Of a DNA stretch of 64,000 nucleotides, positions 59,023 through 64,000 are shown piece after piece (position 1 is the stretch's first letter; each line of letters starts with the position of its first letter). The notes below the pieces were generated by a model, which had not been told where the DNA came from, ran no database searches, and saw only the letters and a list, made by a program, of their open reading frames with translations. Source of the DNA: Candidatus Bathyarchaeia archaeon (lineage in GTDB: Archaea > Thermoproteota > CALKCG01 > B24). The DNA is taken from contig JAVZJD010000001.1 in NCBI GenBank assembly GCA_038870975.1, positions 736,001-800,000 on the forward strand, written 5' to 3'. The position numbers and the translations under genes are program-made.

Positions 59023-59138
59023 GGGCCCGTGGCGCAGAACTCCGCCTATAGTAAGTGAGACATAAGCGGGGTGTGCAAGCAGGACAGCGCATCGGCCCTC
59101 TAAGCCGGGGGTCGTGGGTTCAAATCCCACCGGGCCCG
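59023..59138 (+). tRNA. tRNA-Arg(TCT) with a 41-nt non-canonical intron (59038-59078) at position 15/16
   Basis: Acceptor GGGCCCG/CGGGCCC; D stem GCGC/GCGC; anticodon loop CC-TCT-AA; T arm GTGGG-TTCAAAT-CCCAC; BHB GCGC-AG^A ... GTGC-AA^G. Confidence 0.9.
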
Positions 59139-59396
59139 CTTCTAAGACCTTGTCGGAAGAATTAAACCCGTAATTTTGAATCCATGCCTACTCCATCTTC
59201 TCTATCTGATACAGAATAGTAGACGTTAGTCTCTTATTCCTGCGATAAACTTCAAAGGATATTAAACAGCGTCTTACACATATAAAGACCCATTTTCCAA
59301 ATGTTGGGGAATAGGAAGGTTCATATCGGCAGTCATGTAAAGATGCGTGGGTGATCAACTTTTAATAGAAGCTTAGACCCAAGTCTAAGCGATAAA

Positions 59397-60167
59397 ATGG
59401 GTGAGTTCTTCCTACAGTTTTCTCTTGAAGATGCTCGTAGGTCTGTATTTTCTCCATACTTTGGAAGGCTTATCATAACGAGGGAGGATATGCGTAGAGT
59501 TCTTGACTTGGAATATTACGATAGAAGGCTTTTCGAAGTATGGCACGCCGTCTACGGGATAGCGGAGTTTAAGGATTTCCAAATGAAGATAAACCTAGTT
59601 AAGAGAAGAGAGGAAGCTAAAAGGCTGTATGAGGAATTTCTACAGCGTTTAAAGACTGAGGATAGAAGGCTTATGCTGGAGGCTTCTGAAGCGCAGGATA
59701 GGCTAGAGCAGGAAGTGGTTAACACAGTTAAGCCTTGGGATTTATGGCTTATAGGCCCTGAACTCTCGCTTAGAGTTTCTTGGCAGAATAGGCTATTCAT
59801 ATGTAGATGTATGAAGGAGGAGGTTACAGAGGAAAAGTCTACTTGGAGCCCTGAGAAATGGCGGGTCACCTATAGAGTAGGAAGGAAAGAGTATAGGAAG
59901 GATTCAGATAAATACGGCTTCCTCACAATCTGGTATAAGTGGATAGAAGCACCCATTGAAATAGTAGAATTTCAGGTGTTTGGATTAAGCGCCCCTAAGT
60001 CTCAAACAGCTCTATCTAAGGAAGCGGTTTTCAAAAACGAACTATCCAACCTAGGATACACCATAATATACAATGGTAACGTACACTACGGCAACTGCAA
60101 CTACCATGTCGAAGTAGTAGGAAGATGCGGGGAACAGACAGAAAGTAGAAACTACTGGGGACCATAA
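59397..60167 (+). CDS. Hypothetical protein
   Basis: 256-aa ORF downstream of tRNA-Arg; no motif recognised. Confidence 0.65.
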   Translation: MGEFFLQFSLEDARRSVFSPYFGRLIITREDMRRVLDLEYYDRRLFEVWHAVYGIAEFKDFQMKINLVKRREEAKRLYEEFLQRLKTEDRRLMLEASEAQDRLEQEVVNTVKPWDLWLIGPELSLRVSWQNRLFICRCMKEEVTEEKSTWSPEKWRVTYRVGRKEYRKDSDKYGFLTIWYKWIEAPIEIVEFQVFGLSAPKSQTALSKEAVFKNELSNLGYTIIYNGNVHYGNCNYHVEVVGRCGEQTESRNYWGP

Positions 60168-60221
60168 AATGCGTGTTAAAGATGCGGTAAATTCATTCTA
60201 CTTCTAGAAAAAAATATGCCT

Positions 60222-60252
60222 CCTTTGATAAAAGGCAAATTTTTATCAAAGG
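60222..60252. repeat. Perfect 12-7-12 inverted repeat between convergent genes
   Basis: CCTTTGATAAAA-GGCAAAT-TTTTATCAAAGG. Confidence 0.6.
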
Positions 60253-60341
60253 CTGTTCAATAGCCGGCTCAACAATTTCCGCAGTATTCTCATAAAATAA
60301 GGCGTCACAGTACCTCATATCGTATGCCATCTACGTAGAAG

Positions 60342-61130
60342 TCACCAATAGTATATCTCTTTAGCGTTTTTAATAATCTTACGTACGGTTCTCGCATCTA
60401 AGCGTTCTACCCCTGGCCTCATAGCGTACTCATCAGCGTAATCGCTTCTACAAAGCTCCAATCTAACTTCAATCGGCGGTTCGAGAATAAAGGGTTTAAA
60501 CACCTCAGTTTTAATACGTTGAACAGCCCTCATAGCAACGTCATGTATCATCTTATTGGCGAGCTTGGGGGAAATACACTTAGCTCTATTTCTGCCAAGT
60601 CCCTCTTTAACAGCAACTAATTCGATATTTCCGAAGAAGCTACAGGCCTCTTCACATGCGGCTTTATCTCCTGTAACCATGATGACTGGTACGCCGAAAG
60701 CACCAGCATAAGCTCCCGCTTGACCAATTTCACCGAATTTCCTCCCGTTAATGTAGAGGTTTAACCATGAAGTCGACGATTGAGTGCGGTCTAGAAATCC
60801 ATTTAGAGTTCCAGCCATTGCATGACATCCAACTTGCATCAACCCATCGAAGGTTTCATCGAGGCTTGGCATAACTTCCAATGGATTTTTCACAGTTTCA
60901 TACATTGCTCGTTCATCCAACATCTCAAGTATGAAATTATCACCACCACCATGTCCATCTAATACAACAACATCTGTAGCTCCACCATCGAAGGCTCCTG
61001 CAATAGCTGAGTTAACGTCTTCGCAAAGTAACCTGCGGGCTTTCTCATATTCTGAATGCCCCTTCTGAACCTGCTCAGGACGCCAAATACCGCTAACCCC
61101 CTCCATATCCGTTATAATGTAAATCTTCAT
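60342..61130 (-). CDS. dppA: M55-family D-aminopeptidase (DppA-like)
   Basis: DMEGVSG, DGHG, VGCHA, GE, VTGD, VAVKEG. Confidence 0.9.
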   Translation of the reverse strand: MKIYIITDMEGVSGIWRPEQVQKGHSEYEKARRLLCEDVNSAIAGAFDGGATDVVVLDGHGGGDNFILEMLDERAMYETVKNPLEVMPSLDETFDGLMQVGCHAMAGTLNGFLDRTQSSTSWLNLYINGRKFGEIGQAGAYAGAFGVPVIMVTGDKAACEEACSFFGNIELVAVKEGLGRNRAKCISPKLANKMIHDVAMRAVQRIKTEVFKPFILEPPIEVRLELCRSDYADEYAMRPGVERLDARTVRKIIKNAKEIYYW

Positions 61131-61274
61131 CAGTTACCACGATACTTCTATTAAGAGATTGTTTGTCTTCAGATTTATGGTCTAATTTAAATAAACTTAG
61201 ATATTCGTCGCTGATTTAGTTCTCTAAACTCTTACCCTCCCTAGGCATCTTCAGGGCTATCGTCGTTTAGAGGT

Positions 61275-62213
61275 ATGGTTCTCCTGGGGATTAAACTATT
61301 TAACTCTAATCTTCTTCCAGTATATATTTGGAAGATATTGCTTCGGTCTTTCAAAAGATTTAACTACTATTTTAAGAATGTTCCAGTTTTAACACCTTGG
61401 ATAGTCAAAGAAATCTTAGACTCCACCCCAGCAGGGGAAATCAATACATCCCTAGATATGGGGCTTTCCAAAGAGAAGGTTTACGTAGGCAAAGACTACG
61501 TTACAATACGCAACTCGAAAATCACCATTGAAGAGTTTAGAAGAGCGTTGGAGGATGAAGCTGTCTACGCCGTTTTGAATAATTCCCTCGTTAAAGTTGC
61601 TAAAACTTGTGGAGTACACTACTATAAGCTTAAGCCAGTGGCTCCAAATACGGCTCCTACGATAGAAATAGACGGTATTCATATGCATCGTATTTTAAGT
61701 ACCACTCCTTGGGAAGACTCAAAGGTCAAAGTTAAACTACTATCTGTTAGAAGAGGTTGCAGGGTCTTAGATACTTGCACCGGATTGGGCTATACTGCTA
61801 TATGGGCTTTAAAAATGGGGGCTGGTGAAGTATTAACTGTAGAGAAGGACGTTAATGTACTTGAGATTGCCTGCTTCAACCCGTGGAGTAGATGGCTCGA
61901 AGACCATAGAATCACCATAATAGTTGAAGATGCTTTAAAAGTTGTTGAAAATCTAGAGGATGAATACTTTGATAGGATTATGCATGATCCACCTAGACTG
62001 TCGTTGGCTGGAGACCTATATGGGTTGGATTTCTACCGTGAGCTCTACAGAGTTCTTAAAACTAAAGGCATACTTGTACACTATACCGGGCAGCCAGGTC
62101 ACAGGAGAGGGAAGGATATAATGGCTGGTGTTAAAAGTAGACTTGGGAAAGTCGGCTTTATCGTTAAAAAGGCTCCAGAGGCATCAGCTGTAATAGCCTA
62201 CAAGACTGGTTAA
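61275..62213 (+). CDS. SAM-dependent methyltransferase (true start probably ~61339)
   Basis: PTIEIDGIHMHR, LDTCTGLGYTA, HDPPR, HYTG. Confidence 0.85.
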   Translation: MVLLGIKLFNSNLLPVYIWKILLRSFKRFNYYFKNVPVLTPWIVKEILDSTPAGEINTSLDMGLSKEKVYVGKDYVTIRNSKITIEEFRRALEDEAVYAVLNNSLVKVAKTCGVHYYKLKPVAPNTAPTIEIDGIHMHRILSTTPWEDSKVKVKLLSVRRGCRVLDTCTGLGYTAIWALKMGAGEVLTVEKDVNVLEIACFNPWSRWLEDHRITIIVEDALKVVENLEDEYFDRIMHDPPRLSLAGDLYGLDFYRELYRVLKTKGILVHYTGQPGHRRGKDIMAGVKSRLGKVGFIVKKAPEASAVIAYKTG

Positions 62214-62259
62214 ACTTAAACATTATCAGAGGATTATTCTCGATCGGGAGGTCGGGTTT

Positions 62260-63195
62260 TTGAAGCTATCTCTACATAGTGTAAGTCTATCCGGATTCTT
62301 CTACAGAGGAAATCCAATTCCTCTTGAAGAACTTGTAACGAAGGTTAAACAATATGGTTTCGATGGGGTTGAATTAATGGGTAAGAGACCACATGCAAAC
62401 CCCTGCGATCTATCTGCAGAGTCTAGGAGAAACTTTAAAGAATTAGCCTCATCAAACGGGCTTGAAATAGCCGCTATAGCTGGCTATAATGACTTCTCAG
62501 GTCCTGATGCATTTAAAAGGGAGCTTAACATCCTATACGTGAAGGAGTTGGTGAAACTAGCGAGAGACCTTGAGACAGATATTGTACGTGTTTTTGCAGC
62601 TGGTATGGAGGATGTAAACCCTTCCATACCGTACCATGAACACTGGCGTCTATGTGTTGAAGCCTTTAAAGAAGTCTCAAAATTTGCTGAAGATTATGGT
62701 GTAATTTTGGCTTTACAAAACCACCCGCCGATAATGGAGAGCTATGAAGACGTACTGGATATGATTGAGGAAGTGGGTTCAGACGCGTTGAAGGCGTGTA
62801 TAGACCCTGAGCTTCTAATATGGGTTAGGGATGTAAACCCCTACGATGAAAATTTTTCAGAGAAGCTTAAAACAATCTACGGGAGGGTTGGACGGTTGCT
62901 TGTCCATGTACACGTTGGTGACTCCGTAGAAAGGACTGGTAAATTCATAGTAGTCCCAGCTGGAGGGGGCTCTGTGTTAAGAGCGTCGAGGATTGAGAGA
63001 GTCGCAATGGGGACTGGTGTGTTTAAAAACATAGTTAAGCCGTTCGTAGAGGCTTTGAAAAGTATAGGATACAATAGGTATGTTTCATATGAAGTTTGTT
63101 CGCCAAGGTATGTAAAGCATAAGCTTATAGACTTCCTCACACTAGAATATGAAATAGCGAACGGTGTTCGTTTCTTGAGGGAGTTTTTATGTTGA
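62260..63195 (+). CDS. Sugar phosphate isomerase/epimerase
   Basis: GFDGVEL, ALQNH, HVHVGD, VSYEVC. Confidence 0.85.
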   Translation: MKLSLHSVSLSGFFYRGNPIPLEELVTKVKQYGFDGVELMGKRPHANPCDLSAESRRNFKELASSNGLEIAAIAGYNDFSGPDAFKRELNILYVKELVKLARDLETDIVRVFAAGMEDVNPSIPYHEHWRLCVEAFKEVSKFAEDYGVILALQNHPPIMESYEDVLDMIEEVGSDALKACIDPELLIWVRDVNPYDENFSEKLKTIYGRVGRLLVHVHVGDSVERTGKFIVVPAGGGSVLRASRIERVAMGTGVFKNIVKPFVEALKSIGYNRYVSYEVCSPRYVKHKLIDFLTLEYEIANGVRFLREFLC

Positions 63196-63210
63196 GATGG
63201 AGGTGATTCA

Positions 63211-64000
63211 TTGAGGAAGGTTAAATTAGGCTTCGTCCCGTTGCATAGAGAACCTTTTGATGAAGACTGGGCAGTAGAGCTTAGAAAGCGATTCATAAAG
63301 GCTCTTTCCGAAGTCGAGAATATAACGCTCATATATCCGTCTGAGAATTTAACTAAAAATGGACTCGTTAGAAACGATGAAGATGCAGATAAAGTCACAC
63401 GGCTTTTTAAAGCCGAAAATGTTGAAGGCCTGCTTTTAGGTACTATGACTTTTGGAGACGAAGTAGCAGGCGCTAGAATAGCTGACAGTCTGAGGGTTCC
63501 AGTGATGGTTTTTGCAACTAAGGAGCCTGCTATAAGCCCCGAAGGTTTTAGGAAATCCGACAGTTTCTGCGGCACGTTGTCTCTAACGTCGGCCCTGTAC
63601 CGTAGAGAATTGCCGTTTAATTTTCTAGGAGTGGTGTTTCCAGAGGATGAATTATTCGTTAAGGGCGTCGAAGTATTTGCAAGAACATGCGCTATTGTAA
63701 GTGGGTTTAAGTGGGCGAATATAGGACTTATCGGTCCTAGACCTGAACGGTTTGAAACCTGTACGTTCAACGAAGCTGAAATGTTGAGACACTTCAGTCA
63801 GAAGGTTGTACCGATAGACTTGTCTCAAATAGTTTTAGCCGTTAACTCTCTCGGTGACGAAGACCCCGATGTTGTGAAAACCGTGAGAGAAATCGAGAAG
63901 TATATTGCTACATCAGAAGTCCCGCCTGAAAAACTCAAAGTCATAGCTAAAGTTGAAGTAGTCTTAAGAAGACTATTCCGAGATAAGCAGCTTTCAGCGG
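63211..64000 (+). CDS. L-fucose/L-arabinose isomerase-family protein (runs off window)
   Basis: Manual translation from TTG behind GGAGGTGA: MRKVKLGFVPLHREPFD...TFGDE...SDSFCG...IGLIGPRPERFETC. Confidence 0.8.
   Translation, partial: MRKVKLGFVPLHREPFDEDWAVELRKRFIKALSEVENITLIYPSENLTKNGLVRNDEDADKVTRLFKAENVEGLLLGTMTFGDEVAGARIADSLRVPVMVFATKEPAISPEGFRKSDSFCGTLSLTSALYRRELPFNFLGVVFPEDELFVKGVEVFARTCAIVSGFKWANIGLIGPRPERFETCTFNEAEMLRHFSQKVVPIDLSQIVLAVNSLGDEDPDVVKTVREIEKYIATSEVPPEKLKVIAKVEVVLRRLFRDKQLSA

Noticed and set aside
1-64000. CRISPR array, rRNA, intact transposase, selenocysteine recoding of hydrogenase or Hdr genes
   Set aside because: No repeat-spacer array, rRNA-like tract or transposase ORF seen; hydrogenase and HdrA motifs use Cys with no in-frame TGA

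Overview
Archaeal chromosomal DNA, inferred to be from an anaerobic TACK/Thermoproteota lineage (archaeal histone, GINS-MCM-Hel308, GatDE, class I LysRS, thermosome, and a tRNA with a non-canonical BHB intron). Left to right: an ECF transporter; a decayed tyrosine recombinase; [NiFe]-hydrogenase maturation genes (hypDCEF, and hypA with an Mrp-type ATPase); serA-like, trpB2 and MFS genes; a ~10.7 kb hydrogenase locus; trpD-C-A-B2; tRNA-Glu; a core block of information-processing genes; a radical SAM gene; a rearranged Mo/W transporter next to a tungsten AOR; another ABC transporter; tRNA-Arg; and sugar isomerases. Main observations: (1) A winged-helix DNA-binding domain is fused to HdrA-MvhD and co-encoded with its own divergent MvhG/MvhA-like [NiFe] hydrogenase. 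This is a candidate H2/redox-sensing one-component regulator, and an identical 25-bp palindrome abuts the TATA boxes at both ends of the locus. (2) Two reciprocal [NiFe]-small-subunit/[FeFe]-HydA chimeras lie with HydBC and a GcvH-like protein lacking the lipoyl lysine. (3) A 30-nt bulge-helix-bulge intron interrupts a protein-coding radical SAM gene; splicing removes an in-frame TAG and restores the PIEKKP motif. (4) A TGTACA TRP-box regulon covers trpDCAB2, trpB2 and serA, and a Trp-containing mini-uORF overlaps the trpD start. (5) A threonine-synthase-PadR fusion lacks the PLP lysine. (6) The histone and MCM genes appear to use non-canonical start codons. All family assignments come from motif recognition by eye; no searches were run.
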